Shown here piece after piece: positions 12,280 to 25,724 of a stretch of DNA of 64,000 bases; the stretch's first letter is position 1, and each line of letters opens with the position of its first letter. The DNA is from Mobula birostris (Eukaryota), in NCBI RefSeq assembly GCF_030028105.1, contig NC_092375.1:158967415-159031414 (forward strand). Direction: 5' to 3'. The position numbers were made by a program, and so were the translations under genes. The notes under the pieces are model-generated. The model saw nothing but the letters and a program-made list of their open reading frames with translations, did no database searches and had not been told where the DNA came from.

Positions 12280-13300
12280 AGAGTCACATTTATTTTTATG
12301 AAATTTCTTTTCTTGGGCTCAGTCCCCATTTTGTAGTATCTAAACTTTCTTGTCAGGTTCGTTGTCATTGTCTTGCTTTCTCTTTATTCCCATAAACTCT
12401 CAATTCCTTGAAGAGAGCTGTATCAGGTGTAGGTGATATTTGGCCTGAGCAAGTGATCAGTGATGTATTTAGGTGGAAACTATACATTAAGAAATAAGGC
12501 ATAACATTTTTGTATACGGTTTTTTTGAAAATGGCACTTTGTTTGGTGACAGTTGCACTTTAGGGCCAGCTTTCAGCATCCAGAGTAGACCAATCTTGCT
12601 AGGCCTCCTTAATCTCTCTCGATTCCTTTGCTCCAGGATGCTACTCAATTGGGGTTTTAATGGAGTGCTGTACCCCTCTTGTATGCCTGTTTGTTCACAC
12701 ATGGATTGAGAGTCTTTAACCTCAGTTGGCATGTATACAGGTGGGACTATAGAGTTTTAGAGTGCTGTGACGGATGCAGCCTCACTACAAGCAGTTGCGG
12801 AGACTAACCAGGTATGTATATCCTGCACAAAGCTCAACTATCGGGAGAATATACTTATTAGGCTTTAAATAAGGTAGGTTGCCTTGGTATGCCAAAAATG
12901 AGATCTATATAATCAACTTGCCACACCTACATTGAAGCAGTTGATTTTGTTTGTCTCATAGGAGGTGATGTTGTCACTGCTCCTTTCTTATAGGCCAAAC
13001 ATTGTTTACAATTTGCAATGAAGCACTTACAATCATTCAACATGTAAGACCACCAGCATAACATGGCTAATTTCACATGAGTGGCTCATCTGCCACCATG
13101 ATCGTGCCTAAGTCCTCAGTGAGCTTCTCAGATCAGTGCTTTGTGCTTGTGGGCAAGAGGTATTTGCTTCTTGTCGTTTTTAGGGTGGCAAACCCAAACC
13201 TTATCTTCACCATCAGCTTCATATGTGTATCATGTTGGAAATCCTTTGGAATTGAGTTTAGTTACATCTAGGAAAATTCTTAAAACGTCATTCTGGTTAT
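12280..13300 (-). pseudogene. Foamy-like integrase (N-terminal extension, HHCC, core)
   Basis: YTYEADGEDKVWV..IP..HKALI*EAH..HGGR*AT..LCWWSYMLND..NCKQCL vs PFV YTYFLEDGKVKV..IP..RQKIVLQAH..HTGREAT..LYWWPNMRKD..RCQQCL. GIQEGYSTPLKPQLSSILEQRN vs [22 protein letters not shown]. Confidence 0.9.
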
Positions 13301-13339
13301 TTTTTATTTGTTGCTTAGTTACTACCAAAACTCTGACCT

Positions 13340-14830
13340 CCCTTACTGAAGTAAGGTCCATCCTGACAGCTTGTTTTGCTTATTCATCAGCTAATTATTG
13401 CTATAGCTGTATAAGTAGCCTGCAGTATGCCCTGGGGTGTGCAACGCCTGTACTAATGGTTGTCAGTAAAAATTCATAAATATTCTTCCACGTGGACAAG
13501 TGTGGAAGCAGTTTACCGAAGCAAAGGAAGAGATTTTCTTAGGTCTCTTGTCTAGGGATCTATTGCTTGCTGAACTGCATTCATCAATGTCACCAGGTCC
13601 TCATAATCTTCTCGGGTATAAACAAAAAGCTATTAATTTTTCAGCGTACATCTGCTGTATAATGTTTTGGCAATTCAGCATAGTTAGATTTGAAAGCTGT
13701 ACCATAACTCAATATGTTTAGCTTTGACTGCAAAGCATTTAGGGTCTTTGGATATCTTACTTGAGTGACTTTTTGTCTCAATTTAGTGTTAAACCACATC
13801 CCTAATTGATAATCATCATCCTTGATTGAAATGTACTTCTATACGACAGAGTTAGTTGAGATGTTCTGTTGTTGATTACATAACCTTCGTCTGTCAACCT
13901 TTTAACGATAGTCTCAATCTGTGTTAAATACTCATCCAGTGTGTTGGCTGTGAAGCATGCACCATCAACACATGCACAAATATCTGGTACTCCCTGTAGA
14001 GGCTGAATGACTCCAGCAGAAAATAGTTGTGGACTATTCCAAAAAAATTGTGGGAGTCTGCTCAACTGATGTCATGAGTCATTGGGTTCTGTAAAGGCTG
14101 TGTAATATCTATCACTTTCAAGAGGTACTGTCGGTGTGACCAGAAGTCATTGGCCAGACTCAGGGAAGACTTATATACTATACAAGTTAATCCTTGCAGC
14201 ATTTTTTTATAACGTCCGTTTCTGGGCTGAACTGGGTTCTGTGCGTTCATCCAGGACGATGTAATAGATGACCAATCATCATCCATCAGGATTTGCTACG
14301 CTGAACATGTGTGAGTTAAATCAAGAAGGGTCTTTTACCAAAATACCTTGTTTACAAAGGGAGTTTACAGTTTCCTGTAGGGATTGCTTTCTGGCCTGGG
14401 AAAGTATTGGATCCTAATTTAATCTGTTCTACGGCAACAATCCTACAGTAGTTAGGATGTTATAGGTCATCATAATACTGTACAAAATATGTTTCAGTTT
14501 TATTCTTATCATTTATCCTGATAATAGTTTAGCCATTTTTGAATATGTATGTCCTACACAATGCTGTTGCATTGGCTGTTTGATAGCAATACGAATCTAA
14601 CAGCAAGTGCTGATTTATTATGATCTACGGCAATCTAGTCTATGAATACTTCCATTCTTTGCTGTACGGGATCTTTATAAGTTGGGCACTCTACCTCGTT
14701 TCCATACATGCATCCATTTTAAATTTTCCCTGTCAGGCCCCCCTAATTTATCTCCTTGAATAATATCAGAATTTAACATTGAAATATCTGCTGCTGTACG
14801 AAAACAGCAGGGTCATAGAGCAGGGCTTGG
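13340..14830 (-). pseudogene. pol: Foamy-like pro-RT-(partial RNase H) pseudogene
   Basis: Protease remnant RTAADISML (DTGA-like). NSLCKQGIL..NSHMFSVANPDG vs PFV DDLLKQGVL..NTPVYPVPKPDG. YKSSLSLANDFWSH vs YKTTLDLANGFWAH. SRLPQFFWNSPQLFSAGV..CVDG vs TRLPQGFLNSPALFTADV..YVDD. YPKTLNALQS vs PPKDLKQLQS. RNase H C-terminus WKNIYEFL..LADE*AKQ. Confidence 0.9.
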
Positions 14831-15116
14831 TCTCTCTAGTCTGCATCCTATTCTATTTTCTATCCCTTCATCATTACTTGAAAAATAAAATATCCATCAT
14901 GTTCAATTTGAGGAGCAGTGAGGTGTTATCTCATATTTCTGCCGTACTATTAACATATTCAAGATATTGACTAACACTTGCCTGCACAACTATTGGAAGC
15001 AAGATGTCAGCTGTTCTGTAGCAGTAAGTGCAGGGCCATAGCACTTGTCAAGAGCATTCTGAATTGGACTACTGTTAAATAATAATTGTTCCTAAAATAA
15101 TACTTTTCGTATAACG

Positions 15117-15134
15117 TGACCACGTCAGCAGCCA
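15117..15134 (-). promoter_or_regulatory. Primer binding site, degenerate tRNA-Lys1,2-like
   Basis: TGGCTGCTGACGTGGTCA lies 2 nt after the LTR. It matches TGGCGCCCAACGTGGGGC at 11 of 18 positions, with the same TGGC-N5-ACGTGG spacing. Confidence 0.6.
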
Positions 15135-15136
15135 AC

Positions 15137-16076
15137 TGTGATGGTATTGTGTTTGCTTACCGCAAAAGTTCAAAATTCAAAAACAAAGACCTTAAACCTT
15201 ATCTGATATAGACAGCTGTGTACCCTCACTAAAACTACCCAATCTACAAAGACTAGCTCCTGTTTATCCTCCCTGATGAGGTTAGCTGCCAATAGCCACT
15301 ATTTGAGCAGTGGGACTCCAATCCCTACCATGGAGGAGATACTTCAGTCTACAAGAAGGTTTAAACACAGTCCATTTATTTTCATTGGTACATTTTTAAA
15401 ACACATTTGAAACTCACAGAGGATTTCTATCTTGTAAAAAAATACCAAATTACAAACCATTTCTAAAACAAAAAGGAATTCCAAAGCACAGTTACAATTA
15501 CTGTAAGCTAAGAAGACACATCAGCAAATTCCTCACTGAAATCAAAGACAGAGGAATGGATTCTAATTTGCCCTGTGTTTCTGTCATTTTTCTTGATGTT
15601 TCTTGATCATTCCACAAAGTCTGAACTGCTCTCGTTATTTATGCTGTTTCTCTTGGTTGACTTCAGACCTATGTAATATATATTTTTCAGATACCTTTCA
15701 ATACAAGTGCTACGAAAGCTTCTGGAGACAGAGTACCCAGGTACCTACCATTATTGCTGTGAAGCTGACTCCCTGAGCACACAAATCGTCCAATTAGTAA
15801 CTGATCAACTATTTGATATGTGCAGTGATAATATCTATATGGCCTGCAACCTGGCTTGAACTAAACTTAGCCAGCATTGCTTGTTCTGAAAAAAGCTGAA
15901 TTACATAAATCATTGTCTTACACTACACCTGTGAGCAATAACCCCAGGTGCTGTTGCCCAACAAGTCTGAGGCTCTACAGACAATGTGTCTGTTTGCGAA
16001 GCTGTCCTTTCAATTTCAACCTGTTTATTGCTTGCTATTTGCTCGGAGAACTAAACACTGGCTGTGGTTTATGACA
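15137..16076 (-). repeat. 5' LTR of the foamy-like ERV
   Basis: Termini TGTGATGG...TTATGACA. Paralog of 5934-6886. Abuts the PBS. Confidence 0.85.
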
Positions 16077-17034
16077 AGAAGCTAAACAATGAGTATTGTT
16101 TGGAAGTTTAACTTATTGAAAAACTGGCTTTTATAAGTGTCACCTGTTGTTATGTTTAGAAAGAAGAGCATTGCAAAAAAGAAAGAGACCTCTTGGCCCT
16201 ATGTAGTAACTATTCCAACAGAAGGTGACCATGATCATGAACTTTGATACATGTAGGTTCCTCTTGGAGCTGCAGGTCTTAATACGTGCCTGAGGCAGAA
16301 GAGATTCCCATCCCATGGCCTCCTGGTTTATGGGAATAGGTGGCAGATAAATATCGTGATGCTTTTATTCTGCAGCAGCTTGTGCCTGATATTCATCAGT
16401 AACTTGTTTATCATTTTTATACAGTACTCCTCAACACAGTCCTTTTTTTTTTGCTGAAACATGAATTTGAGAATGAAATTACTTATAGGCTTATAATGTG
16501 ATTGTTACCCAACTTGGTAATACCCTCTAAATTGAAATTGCTAAGTGCTTACAATTGTAGCATTATCATGAGATGGCACTCTTTACCCCATGTCAGCTGC
16601 AACTTCACAGCACAGACTATCAACCAACAACTTGGCTTACATCCTTTATGAACATATATTCACAGGTGGACAGTGTGCATGCCGCAAAATCTACACAAAA
16701 TCTGTCAAAGAAGTCTGTTGACATGATGAAACAATGTTTTCACTGTAGGGAAGCTCAGGAAGAACAGATCTTGGAGCAGTAAGGTTGAGATGTCTTACTT
16801 CCTACAATGCTCCGCAGCTTTCAAAGGTATTAAGATATAGCTGTCAGCACAATTCTTCAGTGAACAACTGAAGTAATGGAACATGAGGATGAGGAGAAGA
16901 AAGAGGGGGAAAAGTAAGCAGTCCCTTTCTGTCACGCTGTCACCTGAACCTGCTGTAGCAGGTATGGCCCATATCCCCATGAAAACAGAAGGCATGTAGA
17001 AATAAAACCTACCACAAATTAAATCATTCTGAAC

Positions 17035-17515
17035 CACATCAAATTTCAAAGTAAGTTTATTATTAAAGTACATGAAGTATGTCACTATATACATCTCTGC
17101 GATTTGTATTCTTGTGGGCACACACAGTAAATCCAAGAAACATAATAGAATTAATGAAAGACTGCAAACAACCAATGTGCAAAAGGCAGCAAATTGTGCA
17201 AATACAAAAGAGAAAAAAAGAAATAATAATAATCAACAAATAAGTAATAGGTAGTGAGAACATGAGATAACGTGTTTGAAAGAGAGTCCATAGATTGTAT
17301 TGACAGTTCAGTGATGGGGTGAGGGACAGTGAGTGAGGTTATCCTAACTGGCTCAAGAGCCTGACGATTGGGGTTAATAATTGTTCTGAACCCAGTGGGG
17401 TGGGTCCTGAGGCTCCTGTACCTTCTTCCTGATGGCAGCAGAGAGAAGAGGACATCTCCTGGGTGGTGGGGGACCTGAAAGATAGAAGTTACTTTCCTGC
17501 GACAGTGCTTCAAAA
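17035..17515 (-). mobile_element. Rex1-type LINE 3' end
   Basis: HHPGDVLFSLLPSGRRYRSLRT plus the typical 3'UTR. Confidence 0.85.
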
Positions 17516-17519
17516 TCTG

Positions 17520-18660
17520 AAATTGAATATCAGAATCATGATTATTATCATTGACGTAAGTCATGAAAGTTTGCCAACTTTGTGGCAGCGGTACAGTGCA
17601 GGCATAAGGAATTGCTATAAATTACAAAATACTTAAATAGCGAAAAAGAGGAATAGCAAAGAAGTCTTCATGGGTTCATGGATTGTTCAGTAATCTGATG
17701 GTGGAGAGGAAGAAGCTGTTGCTCAATTGTTAAGTGTGTGTCTTCAGGTTCCTGTATCTCCTCCATGATGGTAACAATGAGAAGAGTACAAGTTCCTTAT
17801 GATGATTGTCCTTAATGATCGACAATGCATTCTTGAGGTGTCCACTTTTGGAAGATGTCCTCGATGGTGGGCTGTCTTATGCCCATGATGGAGGTGGCTG
17901 AGACTACTACAACCCTCTGGTGCCTCTTCATGAGAACATCAATATCTTGGGCCCAGGATAGATCCTCTGCGATGTGGACAACCAGGAACATGAAGCATCT
18001 CACCCATCCTATTGCTAACTCCTCGATAAGGCCTGGTGTGTGTTCTACCAACTTCTTCTTCCTGAAGCCTACAGTCAGTTCCTTGGTCTTGCTGAAGCTG
18101 AGTGTAAGGTTGTTGTTGCAATGTCACTGGACGAGCTGATCGATTTCGCTCCTGAACTCCTCCTCGTCCATCTGAGAATCTGCTAACGACAACATCTGCG
18201 AAGTTATAGCTGCCATTTGCGCTGTGCCTTGCCACACGGTCACGAATGCACAGAGAGAAGAGCAGTGAGCAGCTAGGCATGTATCTTTGAGGTGAACCTG
18301 TGCTGATTGTCAGTGGGGAGGTGAAGTTAGTACTGATCCCCACTGACTGTAATCTCCCGATCAGGAAGATAAAGATCCAGTTGCAGAGGGAGGAACAGAG
18401 GCCCAAGTTCTGAAGCTTGTTAATTAGTACTGAGGAAATGATGGTGTTAAATGCAAAGCCTGTGAGATTGTGTCCTATATAGACCTGTTGAGGCATTGGA
18501 CAAATTGCCGTGGGTCCAGGACCTTGCTCGGGCAAGAATTAATTCTAGCCATCACCAACCTCTCAAAGCACTTCTTGACAGTAGTTGTGCCTGTGATCAG
18601 GTTGCTGAGGCAGCTCACCCTGCTGTTCTTGAGCACCGTCCTTTTGATGTCCTTTTGAAG
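17520..18660 (-). mobile_element. Rex1-type LINE RT fragment
   Basis: [30 protein letters not shown], (TCAGAA)-like tail. Confidence 0.9.
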
Positions 18661-19064
18661 CAGATGGGAATCTGGTGCGTTTTCACACTGTCTTCCTCCT
18701 GTTGCTTCACTATCCACCCTGGCTGCAATTCTTATCTGAAAATTGTTATCGTGGAGGAGCGATGGGAGCATGTGTATTGATATTAAAGGCTTAGACTCAT
18801 CTTTGATGATTGTACTCCTGCTGCTTGTCATAGCAGCAACAGGCATACCATCAGCTGCCAGCTACAACTCTTCAACAGAGTTAGACACTCCAGATTGATA
18901 GCTACTGTTATCCAGTTATGTGTTACTCTATCTTCAGACAAAAGGGAAGTATGTGATTAACAATGGTGTGATCTGTCTGATGAGGCTGTATAATCGGCAG
19001 TAGGTGCAAGATGCAGCTATGAAGTCGTGATAAATACTAAATAGTTGGGGCTTCAGTGAAGTAC

Positions 19065-19425
19065 ATGAATGGTACCGGATGCTGTCCTAGTTGCATGCCA
19101 TCTTGGACAATATGTCTCCCATCCACTACATAATCTACTGGGTGGGCACAGGAGTACATTCAGCCAGAGACTCATTCCACCGAGATGCAGCACAGAGCGT
19201 CATAGGAAGTCATTGCTGCCTGTGGCCATCAAACTTTACAACTCCTCCCTTGGAGGGTCAGACACCCTGTGCCAATAGGCTGGTCCTGGACTTTCCTGGC
19301 ATAATTTACATATTACTATTGAATTATTTATGGTTTTATTACTATTTAATTATTTATGGTGCAACTGTAATGAAAACCAATTTCCCCCGGGATCAATAAA
19401 GTATGACTATGACTATGCCTATGTA
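19065..19425 (+). mobile_element. Rex1-type LINE 3' end
   Basis: HPLH..STFSQRLIPPRCSTERHRKSLLPVAIKLYN. (GACTAT)n tail. Confidence 0.85.
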
Positions 19426-21559
19426 ACTATAAGCCCTATTTGGTAGCGACTACTCAAAGCTGAATAATAATGGTGTGCTGACTTGAGCAGTACTTGAACT
19501 TGTGGTGTGGTTGATATTTGAATATGAGTTCATTAACCTTGTCCACGTACGTGCCTACTGAACTCATGTGATGAATCCTAGACTGACATTCAGGGTGCTC
19601 CTCCTGCCTTCCAAGCTTCTGTCATAGGACCTTCTGAAGTTACTGAGCACCACTCCTCTTTCCCACATGCTGGGTTTTGATCCAAAATGTCAACATCCAA
19701 AACGCCCCCCCCCCCAGATACCATTCAACCCATTAAGTTCCTCCAGCAGATTATTTGTTGCTCCACATTCCAGAACCTGCAGTCTCTTCTGTATCAGTTC
19801 TGAAAATGTGCATCTTCAGCTATAATATACACCCCTTGTGGAAATACAAGCTGAACTTAAATGATGGTGCCTGGATTTAAATATTCACAGAGTCACAATA
19901 TTGACCAATCCAATAAAACAAAAAAAAAAGCCTTGTTAACATTTTCTAGATGCCAGAATGTTGAGAAACAGCAGGCAGAAAAATATTGTCACACTACTTT
20001 TATTAAACCTGATGAGTGCTGGCAAATTGCATGTTGCAACCCCGTGCTCATTTTCAACATGACCATAATCTGCCCTTCAAAAAGAAAGCAAGCTTCCCAG
20101 AAGAGTTCATGTGAAGCACTTGTCACATTTTCCAAGACAATGCATTTCCCACATTTCGCAAAGGCTGCATTTTGCTAACAGGCCAGTTTCCAACCAGACA
20201 GTGAGGCAGTTTTCCAAGAATTTGCAGTAATTGGAGAACTTTGGTCAGTTCAAACTATATTTATTGCATCACCTTTACTCTACAGAGAATTAGATGACTA
20301 TCTCTAAGCAGAGAATCAAAGTGGTAAGTACAGGTACCACTCTTTTGTTGCCCACAGTTGTTAAGTGGTGTGGAGTGGTGGGAAATATTTTTCACCCAAA
20401 ATGTTTTTGGATTATGGGCATCATACACACACACACATATATATACACACACATACATATATACATTATATGTCCTAGTCAAGATTTGTGCAACTTAGAG
20501 CTACAACCTGCATGTTCTTCTTTGTGATAAACCTCTTGGAATTGGGAGGTATAGTCAAAGTAGCTTGGGTAAGTAACATCAATGCCTTTTGTAGACAAGA
20601 CACACAGCAGATATTTGTGAACTGGTGGCGAATGGAATGGGTGATGCCAACAAATAAGATGCCCTTTCCTGGATGATGTCAACCTTTTTGATCCTACATA
20701 TATCCAGGTAAGTGGAGCTTATATGCTCCTGACGTGTGCCTACAATTGATGAAAATGCTTTGGGGTGTCAGGAGATGAGGGATTCTCCAAAAGATACCCA
20801 GCCATTGACCTGATCTTATTATAACAACATTTGAAGGGGATTTGGACAGGTATATGGATGGTAATGGGGTACGGGCCAAACACAAGCAAATGGGAGTGGT
20901 TTAGATGGAAGCCTTGGCTGGATGGACCAGTTGGGAAGAAGGGACTGTTTCTTGCTGCAATACTCTACATGACTGGTTCAGTTTTTGGTCAATGGCAACC
21001 TTTAGAATATTGATGGCAATGGATTCAATGGTGATGTTATTGAAAATCAAGGAGAAGTAGATAGACTCACACTTGTTAGGTATGGCCATTGATTGACACA
21101 TTGGAGCAGCGAACTTTGCACTTATCAATCAGTGACTGAATTTGCTTTCGGCCTTGCTCATCCCAGCATCGGCTAATTCCTCTCCTGGACTAAACATTAT
21201 GCATTGTCGCTCTGATCTAGCGCTGAAGCAATTGGAAAATGAGCCAAAGGGATCACAATGAGAAACACCTGCATTGATATGCTGGAGCTAGAATGATTGA
21301 CCTCTGACAACCACCATCATCTTGCTTTGTGTGAGCTATGACAACAAGCATTAGAAGTTTTTTTCCCCCCCATTGACGTCACTTTTACAAAGCACCATGC
21401 TCAGCCAAGTGCTGCCTTAATGTCAAGAGCAGTTATTCTCACTTCTAGAATTCAGCTGATTGTTCTATGATTACACCAAGCTCTTATGAGCTCTGAAGTG
21501 GTTCTGGTGAATCTAGAATGACAATTGATTGGAGAAAAAGGGGTGAGGTATTAGCGAAT

Positions 21560-22525
21560 AAATCTCCCTAGATAATACCATCTATGATGACTTTATAAGT
21601 GCACTCAAGGATGAATGTTCTCTCTGCACTCATGGCTATGTGGCTAGGCATAGCTCAAACACCATCTGTAAACTTACAGATGACAAAGCTGTCATTGGCA
21701 GAATTTCAGATGGTGATGAGGAAGCATAAAGAAGTAAGCTAGTGGGGCTAATTGAGAGGTGCTCCAACAACAACTTTGCACAAAAACATCAATAAAACCA
21801 AGAAATTGATCGTTGACTTCAGGAAGGAGAAGTCAGGAGAACATGCAGCAGTTCTCATGGAGTGATCAGCGGTGGAAAGGGTGAGCAGCGTCAAGTTTAT
21901 GAATGTCAACATTGCAGAGTATCTATCCTGGGACCAACATGTTTTTGCAGTTACGAAGAAGGCATGCCAGGAGCGATATTTTATTAGGAGCTAGAGGAGA
22001 TTTGTTATGTCACCAAAGACTCTAGTAAACTTCTACAGATGTACAGTGGAGAGCATTCTCACTGGTTGCATTACAATGGAGGCACCAATGCATAGAATAG
22101 TAAGAGATTTCAAAGGGCTGTAGACTTAGCCAGCTCCATCACAGACATTAGCCTCTCCACCGTCGAGAACATCTTCAAAAGGCAATACCTTAAGAAGGTA
22201 GTATCCATCGTGAAGAATCTTCACTATCCAGGACATGCCCTCTTCCCATTAGTACCAGGAAAGAGGAGCAGGAGCCTGAAGATTCACACTCTATGTTTTA
22301 AAAATGACTTCTTACCCTCTGCCATCACATTTCAGTCCGGTCCATAAACCCATGAACACTACCTCATTATTTTTGTTCTCTTTTTGTACTCTTAAAATAT
22401 TATTCTTATTGAAATTTATAGTACAGTTTGTATTTTTTATGCATTGCACAGCACTGCTGCCGCAAAATAACAAATTTCATAACATTCTGTATGTCAGTAG
22501 TAATAAACCAGATTCTCATTCTGTC
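21560..22525 (+). mobile_element. Decayed Rex1-type LINE
   Basis: KTKKLIVDFRK and ESILTGCIT motifs, plus tail. Confidence 0.85.
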
Positions 22526-24521
22526 ACTTTGCTGATTGAGAGTAGTCAGATTGAGAAGTAATTAGCTAGATTGGATTTCTCCTGCTATCTGTGAACATGA
22601 AATAGCTGGGCAATTTTCAAAATTTTCAAAGAAATGCCAGTGTTGATAATATTATGTTCACTGACATGCAAGTCCTATTATGCAGACTGAAGGCTTACCT
22701 GCTAGCTTTTAATCTTTAGCCATTATTTATGAAGCTGAGAAGGATAAGTAAAACTCCTTTCATCTTTTCTAATTTAAAGATGCACCATAAAAGGACCAAG
22801 AACTTCAATTGCTGTGTCTATATGTCTACAGAGGCCCAGAACTTTACCCTCTAATAATTCTCTAAAAATTGTGTCATCCCAAGTTAGGATTGTTTTTCTG
22901 CAAGTAAATACTTCATAATAAATGATCCTATGTTAGGAATGCAAAATAAAGAAATGCTGCTTGTGTGCCTCAGTCTCTGGTGCACACATTCAGACTGATA
23001 TTGTCAGAATTCTCTGAAGTGGAAGGCTCGGGATCACTGTGGACTCCGCCCTGCAGGACATGAGACCGATTCAGAAGAATGGACGAAAGAGATCCCTGCT
23101 AAATGCAACCAAGAATTACCTACCCCTGATAAGAAAACGCTGCAAGTGCTACTGATTACATACACAATCTTTTTTTGGTGACTTATTCTTCAGGATGCAG
23201 GCATCGGTAACTGCATGTGGTCAGAGTGGCTTGTTCGAACACTTTCAAGTCGACCATTGTTTTGGATCTGGCGTTACATACAAGATAAGCAGGGCGAATT
23301 TTCTCCTCTGAAAAGTATTGGTGAACCAGATAGATTTTTAGTGATCCAATAGTTTTTGTAGCCTTCACTGCTGCTGACTTCTCAGGGTGCCCCCATGGAA
23401 CTCATTGACAAACAACCACTCACACCCTGAGACATCAGAACCCATTCACTTGGATTAGTTTCAACCAAGAGATGGATCAGACCCACCGGGAACTGGATCC
23501 CCTCCAAGATGTAGGATGGAATGCAGTCCGATCAAAGACCAAATCTCCCCCAGCACTAATTCATGGCATTTTTCCAGGATTTTCATTAAAGTAACAAATT
23601 AACATAGAAATTCAGTTGCTGAATATTCTGCAGCTGGAAAATAAATCTGTGTCAACAATTGACAATGATGTGTGGGCATGTTTGTATGGAAATCAGTGAT
23701 GGATCCAGATAGCACTAGAAGGTTGTATTGTTGGATAGTTAAATACTTCTACCTTTGTTCCTCTAAAATAATTATCATATGCAGCATAAATTGCCCTTAA
23801 AGAACACAAATACAAAGATTAAGAATATGCATGTATAATTCACATGAGAGAGGGATTACAGTATTTAGGTTAAACTGCATGAATACACACCAGGAAATTA
23901 AATATTTTCTCAATTTTCATTGTGATTACCAGGTTTACAGTTCTAATCATTAATTTCCATTGATTATTCGACATGTGGCTAAACAAGAATGTCATAATAA
24001 GGATCAATTTTTCAAGCATGGTTTGACACATTGCCTTCATTTGCAAAACTAAGCTTTCGTTTTGAAATGATGATTAACAAAACTGATCTAAGATTAAAGG
24101 TCATTAGAACAAAAATACTTCAATTGATTCTGTCTGGGACACTTATCAAAGCCAAATCCCAATGGACAGGAAAGGGAATGCAGGCTTCCTCACACTCCAG
24201 GAAGTTCTTTTGAAATATAATTTTTGTAATGAGTAGTTTCTGCTCCTGTTTAATCTTGTCTCAGAAAATTAATTGGTCTGTTTCAACTAATTATGTACAA
24301 TAGGTCTATAGGAACACTAATAAAGTTACTTCCTATATATAATTAGAGTTCAAACATTTATTTTCCTAAAAAAGATCAATGCTAAGACAGTTCACAGTGA
24401 TGCATTGTCCAGTACTTCATGTACAATGAGGGGGCGTACAGAAAGAAATGGGATTCAAATTTTGTAACACACACACACACACGCACTCAGCAGTCCAGAC
24501 AGCATCTCCGGAAAAGAGTAA

Positions 24522-24561
24522 ACAGTTGACATTTCAGGCTGACACCCTTCATCAGGACTGG
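24522..24561 (-). ncRNA. Hammerhead ribozyme motif (Penelope terminal repeat)
   Basis: Minus strand reads CAGTC-CTGATGA-AGGGTGTCAGCCT-GAAA-TGTC-AACTG. Confidence 0.65.
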
Positions 24562-24614
24562 AAAGAAAGAGAAGTCAGAGTAAGAAGGGAGGTGGGGGGA
24601 GAAGTAGTACAAAG

Positions 24615-25700
24615 GTCAATAAGGACATGCCAAATTTCTTTAGCTTCCTAAGGAAGTAAAGGTGCAGAACTCTTCTGGTCCATGTTTGGACCAGGGCAGG
24701 CTGGTTCCTTGGTGAAGTTTTCTCTAAGGAACTTGAAGCTCTCCACCCTTAATACCATTGGCATAGACAGGAGCATGTGAAGTGCCCCTCCCCTCCATCT
24801 TCCGGAAATGAATGACCAGCTTTTTTTCTTTGCTGACATAGAGGAAAAGGTTGTTGTCGTGACACCAGGTCACTGTGCTCCCTAGCTGCTCTTTGTGTAC
24901 TCCGACTCACCATTACCTGTGATATGGCCCACTACAGAGCTAGCATCTGCAAGTTTGTGGATGGGGTTGGAGCAGAATCTGCCCATGCAGTCAGGACAGA
25001 TAGCCTCTCCTGAAAACACACCTCCTCCATAATTACCCTCAACACCAGTACCTGCAAGGTGCATCCTCAGACCCCTACTTTATTCATTGTATGCCTGTGA
25101 CTGTGCGGCTGACTTCTGCTCTAACTGCATCTATGCGTTTGCAGATGACACTATTGAACTGGGGCAAATCTCGAACAATGACATGATGGATTACAGGAAG
25201 GAGACATTGACATGGTGTCAAAACAATGACCTTCTCTCATAGTAAAACAGGTGATCTGGTCATTGATTTCAGGAAGTAGGACAGAGCGCAGTCCTTTAAT
25301 GATGTAGGGGTGGTTGAGAGCTGCAGATTCCTAGGTAGAAAGACCATCAGCAATTTGTTCTGGTCCACCCACATGGACAGTATGGCCAACAAAGCACAGA
25401 AATAACTCATTTTCCTCAAGTTGCTAAGAAAATACAACACATCCCCAATAACTCTCATTCATTTTTAAAGGTGCACCATAGAAATCATACCATACGAAGT
25501 AGCACAGCATGATATGGCAACAGCTCTGCCTGAGTCCACAAGAAATTGCAGGGCAGTATAATTGCCGCTAAGTCCATCACGCACATTGGCTTCTCCTCCA
25601 TTGACTCCGTCTACTCTTCCCGCAGTCTCAGGAAAGAAGCCAACATAATCATGGATCCCTTCCACGCAGTCATTCTCTTTTATCCACCCTTCTTTCAAAC
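24615..25700. mobile_element. Two decayed Rex1 fragments in opposite orientation (minus ~24620-24990, plus ~25050-25700)
   Basis: Both carry FADD-region and VESFKFL-region remnants. Confidence 0.7.
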
Positions 25701-25724
25701 TTCAAAAGCATGAGAACATGTATC

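Larger units (their letters stand above)
5934..16076 (-). mobile_element. Endogenous foamy-virus-like (Spumaretrovirinae-related) provirus, defective, with two LTRs
   Basis: Direct repeats of ~940 bp at both ends. PBS at 15117-15134. Minus-strand pro, RT, RH, IN and env resemble prototype foamy virus (PFV) motifs in the correct order. Confidence 0.9.

Noticed and set aside
8050-14830. Lokiretrovirus or Gypsy identity for the large provirus
   Set aside because: The env leader/SU pattern and the integrase N-terminal extension fit foamy viruses better. No F-protein-like features were seen. A formal phylogeny is still needed.
5930-16080. Target-site duplication for the foamy-like provirus
   Set aside because: Flanks TGTA and AGAA do not match. 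Either decayed or the boundary is uncertain.
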